A program made the translations under genes and the position numbers. The notes below the pieces were generated by a model. It had not been told where the DNA came from. It saw nothing but the letters and a program-made list of their open reading frames with translations, and ran no database searches. Source: Felis catus (Eukaryota). From it: a stretch of 64,000 nt of DNA. Below, in pieces: positions 1-12,838 of this stretch (its first letter is position 1; the number at the start of each line of letters is the position of its first letter). The DNA is taken from positions 107,634,001 to 107,698,000 of the forward strand of contig NC_058373.1 in NCBI RefSeq assembly GCF_018350175.1. The letters are read 5' to 3'.

Positions 1-842
1 TTTTTGCCAACTGGATTTCTCCTTGGCCAGGCTCTGATCTGAAGGTGATCAGGATTGCTTTATAACCCTAGTCTGAGATAACTAGGGCAACCCTGATCTC
101 AATACATTCTTCAGGGTGAAAGAGAAAAAAAATCTCCAGGGCTTTTTTAATAGACTATTCCATGAGTGCAGTATGTTGGTCCACAGCAGAATATATAATA
201 ACAGAGACAAAGAGGGAAATTTATTAATGAGAGAGGAATAAATTCATCAGGAAGACATAACAATCCTAGATGCATATGCACCTAATAAGAGAGCTTCAGA
301 AACATGAAGCAGAACTGAATATTTACCCAAGATAGATGAAAACATATGTATTCACAAAAAAAAAGCAAAAATGTTTATAGTACCTTTATTCACATTGCCA
401 AACAACCCAAATCTTCTTTGGTGAATACAAAACCAAATTGTGGTGCATCCAAACAATGGAGTACTACTTACCAATGAAAAAGGATGGGCTACTGATACAT
501 AGCACTAAGCTAAGTTGAAAGAAGGCATATTCAAAAGGCTATGTAGTGTATGACTCCATTTAGATGACACTGTAGAAAAGCAAACTTACAGGGATAGAAA
601 TCAGGTCATCTGTTGCCAGGGACTCAGACTCCAAAGGAACATGAGAAACCTTTTTGGGATATTAGAAATGTTCTATGTCTTGATTATAGTGGTGGTTACG
701 TGACAGGCATGAGTTTCTCAAAATTCGTAGAAGAGTACGCCTAAATGGGCAAATTTTCCTCAATGTCATTTATTCCTCATAAATTAAAAAAGTACCATAG
801 ACGAATATTATAAACGATTTTATGATAAAAATTGACCAATTT

Positions 843-1000
843 ATTTTTTAAATGGTCATTTATTTATTTATTTAGAGAGGGAGAATTTTCACTGACAGTG
901 CAGAGCCCAACACAGGGCTCAATCTCATGAACCGTGAGATCATGACCTGAGCCAAAAACAAGAGTTGGATGCTTAACCAACTGAGTCACCCAGGCACCCC
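843..1000 (-). mobile_element. Can-SINE (SINEC), internally deleted
   Basis: Ends CTGAGTCACCCAGGCACCCC (reverse complement of the SINE head); TTTATTTATT tail. Confidence 0.9.
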
Positions 1001-2663
1001 TAAACTCAACAATTTAGATAATAGGACAAAATCTCTGAAAGACACAAACTACTGAAACTCATTCAAGAAATGTGAATAATTCTATATCTTATTAAAGAAA
1101 TCAAATTTATACTTAAAATCCTTCTCACAAAGAAAACTCCAGGCATCATTGGCTTCACTGGTGAACCTAATGTTAAGGGAAAACTATTACTAATTCAATT
1201 GGGAATACTTCCCAAATCATTTTATGAAATTAACTTTACCCTGATACCAAAACTAAGGACATTACAAGTAAAGAACACAGAGACCAATTTTCCTCATGAC
1301 ATAGCCCCCCCCCAATATTTAGCAGAATTTGAGCAAATTAAATCCGTCAATATATTAAAAAGTAATACATCATGATCAAATCATGTTTACCTCAAGAATG
1401 CTTAAATTTGGTTTAATAAAAAAAATCATTGTAATTCATCATATTAACATGCTGAGAAAGGAAAATGGTCATCTCAATAGATGCAAATAAAGCATTTGAC
1501 AAAATTTGACACTTATTCATGATAAAAGAACTCAGTAAATGAGAAATAGTTGGGAGTTTCTTTATCCTGATTTAAAAAAACACACACAACAGGTATGGAA
1601 AACCTACAGTTAACATCATACTTGATGATAAAAGACTGAATGATTTCCCCAAGGGTCATGTCCTCTTTTACTACTTGTATTCAACATTGTACTGGAGATT
1701 CTAGGGGCATGGGAGCCATAGAGATTGGACAAAGGAAGTAAAACTATATTTACAGACAACATGATTGTCTACATGGAAAAAATTTTAAAAGTCTGCAAAA
1801 AAGTTATAAGAACGAATAAGTGAATTTAGCAAGGTTGAAACATGCAAATTGATTAAACAAAAATCAGCTGTATATTAGTCACAAAGCACTAGAAATGGAA
1901 TCTTAAACATATGACATTAAAATGGCATCCAAAAACATGAAATACTTTGGGATAAATTTAACAAAATATGTATAACACCTGTACACTAAAACATAAAACT
2001 CTATTGAGAGAAATTAAAGACTTAAATTAATGGAGAGATACAGACAAAATAGGGAATCCAAAAATAGATCCACACATATATGGTTGATCAATTTTCAAAA
2101 AAGGTGCCAATGTAATTTAATGGAAAAAGGAGAGTCTTTTCAAAAAAAACAAAAACAAAAACAGCTGGATATCCATAAGGAAATAAATGAACTTTGACCT
2201 TTACCTTATGCCATATATAAAATTTATTTTAAGTAGGTAATAGACCTAAATGTAAGAGCTAAACTATAAAACTGCTAGTAGAAAATACACACAAAAAAAT
2301 TAAAGTGGGTTAGACAACGATTTCTCAGAATACAAAAAGCACAAACCTTGAAAAATAAAAATTAATAAACCAACTTCTTCCAAATTATAAAGTTTTGCTG
2401 TTCAAAAGACTAAATTATCAAGAAAATGACAAGATAAGCCACAGACTGGGAGAAAATATTTGAAAAACAGATATATTAAAAAGGACTGGTAGCCAGAATA
2501 TATAAAGAACTCTTACAACTATGTAATAAGTAAGAAACAAATGGACAAAAGGTTTGGAGATTCAGTTCACCAAAGAAGATATACAAATGGTAAATAAGGA
2601 CATGAAAAAATGCTCAACTTCAGTCATCATTAGGGAAATGCAAATTAAAAACAATGAGTTATT

Positions 2664-2898
2664 GGGGTGGCTCAGTTGGGTGGGTTGCTCAGTTGGGTGG
2701 CTCAGCCTGGTGGCTCAGTTGATTAAGCGCTGGACTCTTGGTTTCATGATCTCACCATTTGTGAGTGCAAGCCTCATGATCAACTCCACGCTGGCAGAAC
2801 AGAGCCTGCTTGGGATTCTCTCTCCCCCTAGCTCTGTGCCCCTCCCCCAATCATGTGTGCATGCTTGCTCTCTCAAAATAAATAAATAAATGTAAAAA
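2664..2898 (+). mobile_element. Can-SINE with reiterated 5' A-box segment
   Basis: GGTGGCTCAG repeated at the head, CT-rich region, AAAATAAATAAA tail; TSD-like GAGTTATTG at 2656-2664 and 2907-2915. Confidence 0.88.
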
Positions 2899-3545
2899 GC
2901 CCCCAGGAGTTATTGCTACACATGTACTTGAATGACTAAAATTAAAAATACTTATAATACTGTGTGTTGGTGAGGATATAGAGCAACTGGAACTCTCTTC
3001 CATTAGTGATGGGAAGTGTGAGATGATACAGTCCTTTGGAAAAAAGTTTCTCAGTTTTTTATAAAATTAGATGTGCACTTATCATATGACCCAGCAATTC
3101 AATCCTTAGATACTTAAACAAGAAAAATAATACGTGTTCACACAAAGATATGCAACTTCATTTTCAGTAGTTAAAAGCTGAAAACAATCCAAATACCTAT
3201 AACTGATGAATGGATAAACAAATTGTCCTATTTCCTAACAATGGAATACTTCTCAGCAACATAAAGAACTGATACATGAAACAACACAGCAAATCTCCAA
3301 AGCATTATATTAAGTGACAGAAGCCGGATGTGGAAGACTACCTGATTTGATATACATGAAATTCTAGATTTTTCTAGAACTGTAGTAACAGACCAGAGTA
3401 GTCATTGCCTGGGGCGGGAGATGGTAAAATGAGATTGACTGCACCAAGGCATAATAGCACTTTCTGAGTGATGGAAATGTTTTATATCTTGATTGTGATG
3501 GCGATTATACATTAATCACACTCACCAAACTATACATTTTTAAAT

Positions 3546-3757
3546 TTTTTTTTTAACGTTTATTTATTTTTGAGACAGAGAGAGACAGAGCATGAACGGG
3601 GGAGGGCCAGAGAGAGAGGGAGACACAGAATCGGAAGCAGGCTCCAGGCTCTGAGCCATTAGCCCAGAGCCCGACGCGGAGCTCCAACTCACGGACCGTG
3701 AGATCGTGACCTGAGCGGAAGTCGGAGGCTTAACCGACTGAGCCACCCAGGCGCCCC
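3546..3757 (-). mobile_element. Can-SINE, young felid type (SINEC_Fc-like)
   Basis: Full length and CpG-rich; TSD TACATTTTTAAAT at 3533-3545 and 3758-3770. Confidence 0.95.
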
Positions 3758-6700
3758 TACATTTTTAAATGGGTGTATTTTATTGCATATGAAGTATCGC
3801 TCAGTAAAGCTGATTTTTAAAAAAGGTTCTAGGTCTAGGGCTTTACAACAGAGTGACAAGCAAAAAGTTCCTTGGCAAACTGTGGGTGCAGGGAAAGGCA
3901 AACAATGAGAGCAATTAAGGAAATCCATCTACTATATTGAGCCTGATTATAATAGCACCTGTCTATTGTTGGAGATTTAAAACTTCTTCCTTGATAAAGA
4001 ATCTGTTACTTCACACTCTTCTGTGTGTCTCTTTTCCTTCCAGCCTTTTGGCTGGTTCTCTAGTGTTGTCATTTCTTATTACTTCTTGAACTTAAGTCTA
4101 ATGTTTTTGTGCTTGGATCTCACGTAGTTTCTAAGAGACTAAGAATTCAAAAGTTTATGGTCATCTGGTCAATTTAAAAGTGATCTTTACTTAAACTCAT
4201 TGGTATTTGCAATGCCAGCATTTCACATATTATCCTTTCCCAGTGGAAAAGCTGAACAACTAAAGAAAAAAAAATAATAAAGCTAATGAGTTAGCTATCG
4301 TGGAAAACAATTTAGGGATTTTATAAACTTTCTCTTTAAATGTGACAAGGCAGTTCACATGATCACTGCAAATTATAGCAAAATAAATGATTGCCGTTCC
4401 AGTCACTATAGTCAATGAAGAAAACCCTTCAGTATATTTGTATGAGAGTGACATATGCTGGGACTCCCTCTTCCTCAAGAGACCTGAGCTCCAGCAAAAT
4501 GAGAAAACTGGAACAGTGCCATGGAGTCCCAAGAGAAACTGAGATTGGAACCACAACAAAAAGAACAGAAACTTTTCATGCTTTTTAAGTTTCTACTCCA
4601 GTTTGATATGAACAACGCTTTGTATGCGAATCAAAAATTCATTAAAATTTGTCTTCTCTGAGCACTTCATGGCTGTTTGCATGTGATAGAATGAGTCTGG
4701 TAGGGAGGCAAGGCTGCATCGTGCCAAGTTTAGAATTCATTCAGTCTCCTTGGTCTAGGCAAATCCCACGAAATGAGAACAGTTTGGTGTTTCAATCTGT
4801 TTACTCTTTGTACAATAGAACTTCCTGTTTCTTGATTTTGTAAAAATTTCTTGAGATGAAATAGGATTTAAATGATTTTTTTTGATGAGTTGAAAGCAAA
4901 CAGATCAGAGTATATGGATAAAATTTCCCTCAAATGCCCCTAAATTTTAATAATTGAGGACTAGCCAAACATACTTTCGGTTTGGGACTGGATTTAAATT
5001 TCAAAACATTCAGGGAACTCAGACTGCATTCCAAACAGAAATGTTTTTGTTTTGGTGTTTTGTTTGAATTTTACATGGGGAACAAAACATTTGGGTTTGT
5101 CTCCACAAATATGAATCTGTTTTTGGTACTTATACCTCAACTGTTACACCGACAGGAACGTTTTCCTTCTTTTTTTCCCCCTGGGAATGAAATCAACTTT
5201 CAGAGAAATGAGAGATTCTATCGATAATGGAGAGTAACCCAAGTCTGTATTGGGCAAGCCTCCTTTTTACAGAAGCCTGGTGCCCTCTGCTGTGGCACCC
5301 ATTGTGGACAGACCTCATTTATGAATGTAGCAAATATCTCTCATTTTCAGTTCCCCTTCTCCTCTGAGACCTCAAGCTTCCCAGTGTCAATTCTGTTCTC
5401 TTTCCAGACTCTGTTCCAATTTTGCTCTGTGGCTCTTTCTACCCCTAGCTATGTCATTAGGAAATCTCCACTCAAGTTCTGGCTCTTTGGGACAAATCCC
5501 ATCCACTCCCCTATTCTAACTCTCTGTTTAGGGGAGTCTTACTCTGAGTCTGGGCTGTGGTGGTTATGGAACGGAATGGAGGCCACTTGGAACCCCAGTG
5601 AACTCAGTGAAGAACTCAGGGAATTCTGGGCCAAGGCCTTGGGAGGAGAAATTCCTATTAAACCAGAATAAATGGCCACAGAAATTTCAAGAGGCAGTTG
5701 TCAATGGAACTGGGACAGGGAAAATTCTGTTTAGGGTGTCCTGGGCCAATGACATTTCATTTCCTGGGGAAGGTGTTAGTAGGTAGGAAAACTCCCCCAT
5801 CTGTCTAGCCAGGGGCAGATACATACTAGCGAAGGACAATTATTACTTGTAACCATGGCAATGATAGGAGCTGTTGATGTAACCAGATCTTCAGGGTTTT
5901 TTCTAGTCTTTTCTCCTGGTTCTCTTTGTAATTGTGACAATTAGAGCCTCGAAGGGAGAAAAGACAGGAAAAAGAGACAAAACTCAAACTGATCAATTGT
6001 GCTATCATCTTTTAGCAGTTAAAAAGTTTGAGTTCATGTCTGAATCACTAGATAAAATGAAAAGATTGATGACTGACTAAAATTAGTGTTAGGAGGACTG
6101 GTGGTCTTTCTCTTCCCCTGGGGGGGACTGCTAAAAGTATATTAACCCATTTGTAAAGACATTTGCCTGTGTCTTTGCAGTTTGTGTGTTAGTATTGTGG
6201 TGACTGAGGGGATAAAGTGACAAGAGAGAGTCATCCTGCCGCCTGCTCTCTGGTGGAAGAGGTGGGCAGCCCATCGGGGGAGCACAGCTCTGCAGAGGGC
6301 CAGATGGTAATAGGCTCCCCACAGGGACACCAGCAGCAGGGGTGGCAGATGGTCCCTTGCCTTTGGAGGATCTCTGGAAAGAGGACTCCTACAAGAGGGA
6401 AAAAAGTTTCAGGCACCACCATGCAGTGTGTGCTATTAAATATTTAACAAATGGCTATCCAGAAAAGAACTCCCTGGTTTGTAGCATCGGTCAGTTTTCA
6501 TGGTGTAAACATTCTCCCCAGTCCCAGTTGCAAGCTCCCAACCGAAACAAGGAGTCCCTGGAAGAAGGGAAGAAATGAGCAAAATCAGGTCTGGCAAGCT
6601 GTGAGGGAGTGGGTTCTAGCATTCCAGTGCCCCATGAGTTAGGCCTGCAGACCCCCTGCAGAAGGGAGGGAGGGGCCCCGCAAATTCTTAGGGGAACTGG

Positions 6701-7124
6701 TGTATTTTCTATAGATTTCTGCTCTGTTTGTGTTCCCTCTCCTCTTTCAACATAAACAACCACATTTGGCTGTGATTCCTTCAAGAGTGACCTCATGAAC
6801 TCAGGGTTTAAAATAAGTCATTTATCAGAACCGAAACCTGTATTTGGGCTCAAACAGAAAGAACTGAAGGCTACGTCTCTTACAAAATAACAACAAATAT
6901 TTTTGAGTGTTCTTCAGATAGCATCCTAGATAGCTTGAGATGGTCCATAATAGGTAACATTTATTGAGCGCTCACTATGTGGCAGGTGCCTTCCATTTAT
7001 CAGCTCATGAAAGGTGATATTATTAGGAGAATTGCACCTTTTAAAGAAATAACCACAGTGAATACTTTTGAATAAAACTATATGTTATACTAGACTGTTC
7101 ATAAGGTAACTTGAGATGGTTAAA

Positions 7125-7345
7125 AATAGCAACCATTTAATTGCGTTTCTACTGTGTACCTGATACTTTCCATGAATTTTGCATTGAATGTTTATAATAA
7201 CCAATGAGTCAGGTGTCATTGTGATGCTTATTTCACAGTTAAGGGAATAGAGGACAGAAAGTGACATCCTGAAGGTCAGACAACTATTAATGGCAGAGCC
7301 AAGAATCAAACCCAGGAAGCCTAGCACCAAAACTCGCTTGTCTTG
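7125..7345 (-). mobile_element. MIR fragment
   Basis: Degenerate reverse-strand MIR core (TTTCACAGTTAAGGGAATAGAGGACAGA...GGCAGAGCCAAGAATCAAACCCAGG). Confidence 0.7.
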
Positions 7346-9024
7346 CTCATATGGATAGGACTCCACCGTATTTCCAAGCTCAGATGTTCCTAGGCAAATC
7401 CCTGACTGTCAGTGTAGATGTCTGACTTTGATTTAAAAGCAATGCACTTCTTATTGAAATTATTCTACGCAACCATCCTTCCCAACACATGTTTCCTTTA
7501 AGCTGTGAACACTACCTTTTTCACTTTTGCGGTAGATGCTGCTTACCATTACGTTATTGTGGTCTGTGATTTACAGCTGAAATATTCACATGCTAAGAGG
7601 TCAGGAGATGAATTTGGAATCATACACAATTCTCCTAATTGCTAGTCAAGTTCTGTGTGATCCCATTGAAAACCACTCTGAAACCACACACAATTCAGCT
7701 GAACCAATGGGTTAAGGAAAGTCAGATTTCAGAAGAATTCTATTGATCTCCACTTTTAGATTCTAGTGCTAAAATAGTTTTGAAGTTTCTGCCTCATTGG
7801 AGTGACATAATTTACACCTTTCATTCTGGGGTTGTCTTAGCTGAGCTGCACAGTGGTGTTCTTATATAGACAAAGCTACTGGAGTTTAGAAACAGGAAGG
7901 GCTAGAAACTCACTTTTAAAAGTAAAATAAAGCTTACACAGTGGGAGATTTCCTTAACTCTCCAAAGTCTGACATGTGTTAGGTAGTCAGGAAAGAATAA
8001 TAAAATTCCCCAGGAAAAGCATTTCGCAAATGGCAGTGGCTAAAATATGGTTTTCTAGGTGGCCATGGGGGTCTGATTTCCATCCCCTTCTCCTCACCTC
8101 CTGCAGGGCTGGTCTCAGGTTGCTCTTGCAGAGGCAGATCTTCAGAAGAGTCCTGCGGAAGAGCCAAGCCTTCCAGAACAGCCCAAGGGCGGCCTGAAGG
8201 ATGCCCAGCCCACAGCTGAGGCTCCTGCAGAGAACGGGTGTCTGTGTCACAGTAAGAGCTGTGCTAGCTTTCTCTGGCCGCTCCCTTGATTACGCAGGGA
8301 AGGGTACCAGCTTTGATCAGGCTCTGACATCTCAGCCAGCGCCACCTGATGATGGAGAAGGGGAGGAGGTGCTTGTTCATTGGAAAGCAGACAATAGGAA
8401 CCACATGGATATGCAGGGCATCTAGCAGGTAGCCCCGAGAAAGAGAGGACAAGATTAATGGAGATTAAGATGAAAGGGCATGCTTCCGGAGGACAGATGG
8501 GATTTTGGGGAGTCCTTCAAAAAGTCGCTGCAAAGTGTGGGCCTGTCAAGACATTTGATTCAGCTCTGAGGGCCTCAAGGAATAAGGAGGAGCTTGCGGG
8601 GTTTGGATCCTGGGGCCCAGTTTAATTTAGGGGTTCACACCTGTAGCCTGTGGTTGAGTGAGAAACATGTGGGACTTGAAAGATCTAGATAGTAACATCC
8701 CAGTGCATTTATATATTTCATTACAGTATAGTCGGTTCTGCTACCATATGACACACGTGTTCCCCAAACTCCCCTCACTATGCAGAATCGCGCAGTAAAA
8801 ATCAGAGGGCTTAGAGAAAACTGCGGCCACCTAAAAATTTTGTCAGTGACATAAAAAAGATAAAAATCTAATAAAAACACAGCCTCACACGTTAAATGAT
8901 TGAGAAATGCGCGAATACTACAATAAATATGGTGCTTTCTCTTGAAAAAGACCTGAAGTTTGCTTATAGAAGCCGGCACTGCAGCTCGCAAGTCACTGTG
9001 AAGTGATAGAAGGAAGGTCATCCG

Positions 9025-9931
9025 AGTTTGCAGTCTTGAAATCCTGGAGCTTGTTATTCTGTCTTTGAAATACAGGCCCTTTGAAGCATGCATTTATAAT
9101 AGAGACCCGCATCATCAAAATTGAAAATTTGACCCCATGGATAGTCGTTGTTTTCAGTTAACTTCTGTATCCCTGCTGGACATTCTTCCATGGCTTTCTC
9201 ATCTGCACATGGGGCTTCACCTAACAGCTGAAGGCTTTGGAAATTGTAATGAAGTTTGAAACCACCAAATCAGCCACTCATAGTACTAACAGGTGCCACT
9301 TCTGCAGAATTTGGCATTTTGCCTTAAGCTCCTGTATAGAGAGAGCACTTTCGCTTTGTGAGAAATGTTGTCCCCCTCTTTGCACTGTTTGGTTTTTCTT
9401 TTTTTAAAATTTTTTTTTCAACGTTTATTTATTTTTGGGACAGAGAGAGACAGAGTATGAACGGGGGAGGGGCAGAGAGAGAGGGAGACACAGAATCAGA
9501 AACAGGCTCCAGGCTCCGAGCCATCAGCCCAGAGCCTGACGCGGGGCTCGAACTCACGGACCGTGAGATCGTGACCTGGCTGAAGTCGGGCGCTTAACCG
9601 ACTGCGCCACCCAGGCGCCCCCTTTTTTTTTTTTTAAATTTTTTTTGCAACGTGCACTGTTTGGTTTTTCGATCTCAATGATGCTCGCCTTTCCATTTCT
9701 TCTATTTCTTCAGGACTTCTTCTTGACATCTTAGCACTCAGAGTTGTTCCGTCCATAGATGTTTCTTCTATTGTCTCAGCATTGTGGATTCCTTTATGTC
9801 TGTTCTTTGGGAAATAACACGTTCTCTTGATTCTTTCAAAATGCTTTTTTAACTTCAAGCTTCTCCTCAATACATAACATTTTCTCTTTTCGTGACCTGT
9901 TTGGTATTTTTAAATCAGGATACTTAGACAT
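9025..9931 (-). pseudogene. Decayed pogo/Tigger transposase, N-terminal part (psq-type HTH, CENP-B HTH, first Asp of the DDE motif)
   Basis: Manual translation from ATG 9931: MSKYPDLKIPNRSRKEKMLCIEEKLEV, then a frameshift. From 9281: SG*FGGFKLHYNFQSLQLLGEAPCADEKAMEECPAGIQKLTENNDYPWGQIFNFDDAGLYYKCMLQRACISKTE*QAPGFQ, matching the GWF..FK, GE..SAD and QIFNxDETGL motifs. Confidence 0.85.
9399..9621 (-). mobile_element. Can-SINE, young SINEC_Fc-like, inserted in the Tigger
   Basis: Full-length CpG-rich SINE; perfect 18-bp repeat TGCACTGTTTGGTTTTTC at 9381-9398 and 9653-9670. Confidence 0.95.
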
Positions 9932-10299
9932 GTTTCAGATGTTGAATAAGTATTTTTTTAATATAGAAAAGTTCACAATAATAGCCAAGCATAACCTTGT
10001 AGGACAAGACCCTTGGGTAAGGTAGGTGGAATGGGTAGGACAATACATCCACAAGGTAGGGGGCAATGTGTGAAATGTGTGCATGTGTGTATTTTATGAA
10101 TCCCTACAAGACTTGGCTCAGCTGGGTACAGTTTTCTGTATTAATGTAGTTTTTTCTTTTTTAAGAAAAACTTGCACGTGAGAAATTTGCATATGCTCAA
10201 AGTGTCCCATACTATAGTAGTCTAATTTGAATAAATTTGCATTTCAAGACAAGTGTTATAGCAGACTGCTATGGTACCTCTGTTCATGTATTTTCTCAG

Positions 10300-10400
10300 C
10301 TGGTCAGTATACTAATTCTGTGAGGTAGATGGGAAAGTTAATATTCCCATTGTACAGATGAGAAAAACTGAAGCCAGGAAGTCCCAAGGCCTGGAAATAA
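10300..10400 (-). mobile_element. MIR core fragment
   Basis: ATTCCCATTGTACAGATGAGAAAAACTGAAGC. Confidence 0.65.
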
Positions 10401-11509
10401 GCCAGGAATAACCAAAACAACAAAAGATGAGACTGACCCTGTCCTACTAGTTCCTAAAGTGAGCTCTACCCCTTCTTCTGGAAGTTTGATTTTGTAAGCC
10501 AGAAAATTTTGTTTTTTTGCTTCAAGTAGTTAGAGGTGGGTTTTTGTTTGTTTGTCGTTTTTTAGTAAGGCAGGGTCTTAGCTAATGCAGAGTTGCCTGG
10601 ATAGCGTTCAAATTCTCTCCTAGCTCGGGGAGACTTTCTGCCACATTTTAACTTGTAAATTAGCCATCTTCAGGTAGAGGGCACCCTAAATTTTGAGGTT
10701 TACCCTTGAAATTAGAGGTTCTGCCTGTGCCGTGCTGCAGACACTGTTTCTTCACCCCTTGAGTGCTGGCCCAGGAAATTCCCAGGCAGAGCAGGACTGG
10801 GGCTGGGTGGGGGGGATCCTTCTTTTGGAAGGGGTCCAACTCAGTTTGCACCCATTCAGACATTGCCTTTTCTGAAGACAGTGACCCTTCACTGTTCCTG
10901 TCGTGGTTACTTCAATTTAGCTCTCACCTGCCTTGCTCACTGCAAGAGAACATGCTCTCAGTATTGTTGAACCTCCCCTTCCTCTTGGTGCTGTGGTGTC
11001 CTGACAGTTCCTGGTCAAACTCCAGTTCAGTGACAGGAAAGGATCCCAATCATTTCCCATAATGAGCTCAGGAATGACCACTGGTATTAAGTGAGCGCCT
11101 CTCTGTGCTCCAGGCCTCTGAGAAGCTCTTTACATATTCACTCACTCATTCCACCAGTATTTGGTGAGGGCCCATCGTGTGCCAGGATCATTCGTTTTGC
11201 GCGGGTTATCTCCGTTCTTACAATTTGAACCCCGCAAATGGCTCCCAGCTCCTGCACTTAACCTTGCGCTGGGCTGCTTCTCTCATTCAGGGCTGCCCAT
11301 GCTGTCTTAGGCAAGGGTGCCGGAAGCTCAGTCGGGTTCAATCATTTTCCAACTTGGGGGAGACCTCAAAACTTGTCAATGACCTCCCCATGACCTGGAT
11401 AACAATTTCTCAAAATGTTGCTGCCTTTCATGTGTGGGTACAGACTTAGTTCCCTTCCATTTGGATAGCTTGTGTCTGATTGTCACCTTTGTATTTGGTG
11501 AGGTTTACA

Positions 11510-11579
11510 TTTCCTTCTTTCCTTCCTTCCTTCCTTCCTTCCTTCCTTCCTTCCTTCCTTCCTTCCTTTCTTCCTTCCT
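11510..11579. repeat. (TTCC)n microsatellite
   Basis: Tandem CCTT units seen directly. Confidence 0.95.
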
Positions 11580-12838
11580 ATTTTTAAATTCATGCACTGG
11601 GACCTACTCTACAAATTTGAGAGGGAAGAGAAAAGAAGAAAGAAAGCAGAGCAATCTAAATACTGAAAAAATTTTTTTTCTTAACTTTATGAATGAGGCC
11701 TTTGAACTCAGTGGCCATGGCTCCTTCCTAACCTGTACCTTTCATGTCCTGTTTCCAGCTGGAGTGGAAAATCTGAGGTGCCCTGGCCCCGAGCCCGCAG
11801 CAAAATCTGGCTGTGGGTTACGTCTCCCTGTCCTAAATGAGTGGTGGCAGCCACAGCTGCTGGAGACGAGGAGCAGCCAGGCACTTCCTGCTGGGGAGCT
11901 TAAGTCCACAGCCATGGAAGTTTGCTGGGAAGGGAATGGGACCGGAGCCTTCACCAGGTGTAGCCAAGGGCAGCAACAACAAAGAATGACAAGGAAAAAT
12001 TCCTGCAGTCAGTGGGCATGAGACTGGGGAGGAAGGCGGGGGGGTCTCTGGAGGTTGGTTTTGAAACTTTCTGCCTTGACTAAAACCCAGGTTCTCAGCA
12101 CAGGGGATGTGACTCATGGCTAAGAAATTCCCCATGGCCTTGGATGACATTTACGTTGATTACCTCTGAGTCACATTTCTGGGAGGCACTTTTTTTTCAC
12201 CAGAGGCAAACTGAAGGGAAAATGGCATGGATGGTGGTTTGGAAACAGTAGAGGAAACAGGGTCACTTGTATTCTTAGTAAGAGACTTAAAGACATGCAA
12301 GAATTAAAAGAAAAACAAGGCAAAAAAGGAAGGACATTGAGGAGGAAGGAATCGTCTCCCAGGGGAATGAGGAGAACTGGGGTCTCTCTCTGGCCATGAA
12401 GGGATGGGGGGAGCCCAGATGGACTCTAGTCTTTTGCTGCTTATTTGTGATTACAGAAATTTCGAATGTAAGAGATGGAGCTATCATTTGTTCCTTCATT
12501 TCACAAGTGTTGACTGAGAACTCTCGATGTTCCAGACTTTGTTCTAGGCACTGGAATGTTCCACTCCAGGATCTACAAACATGCGCACTTTGCTGTGCTT
12601 CCAGGGGTAGTACAGACTTGAGTCGACCCTGTCAGGGGTGCTGTGATTCAAAGGTTTGCCTGAGTCCTGGCTCTCACAGCTGCCCATCCCCACACCTGGG
12701 ACTCCCATCTCCTAGAAGAATGGGCATGGCTGTTTTCGAAAGGGGGAAATGATGGCCCTGAACTGTCCCCTTTGATGGCCCTCCCCCTCCTATTATGTGT
12801 GTTTGAAGCCTCATCAGAGGTTAAGAGCTCTCTCTCTC

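Larger units (their letters stand above)
190..3825 (+). mobile_element. Old, fragmented LINE-1 (L1M-type ORF2 and 3' UTR pieces; a separate L1 3' end at ~320-790; three SINEs inserted)
   Basis: A-rich strand with L1 ORF2-like motifs (CCCTGATACCAAAAC 1240; TCTCAATAGATGCAAATAAAGCATTTGACAAAATT 1472). ORF 2554 reads [29 protein letters not shown], matching the L1 ORF2p C-terminus. Many stops and deletions. Confidence 0.9.
8729..10271 (-). mobile_element. Tigger (TcMar/pogo) DNA transposon fossil with Tigger13a-like ends and an internal transposase remnant
   Basis: Degenerate terminal inverted repeats TAGTCGGTTCTGCTAC and GTTATAGCAGACTGCTA, preceded by TA; internal minus-strand translation is Tigger-transposase-like. 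Confidence 0.85.

Noticed and set aside
6503..6525. TGTAAACAT, a miR-30-like seed
   Set aside because: The remainder does not match miR-30 and there is no complementary hairpin arm.
11434..12021. 195-aa ORF, the longest in the window
   Set aside because: It is inflated by the (TTCC)n microsatellite (PSFL repeats), has a non-ATG start and no recognisable domain.
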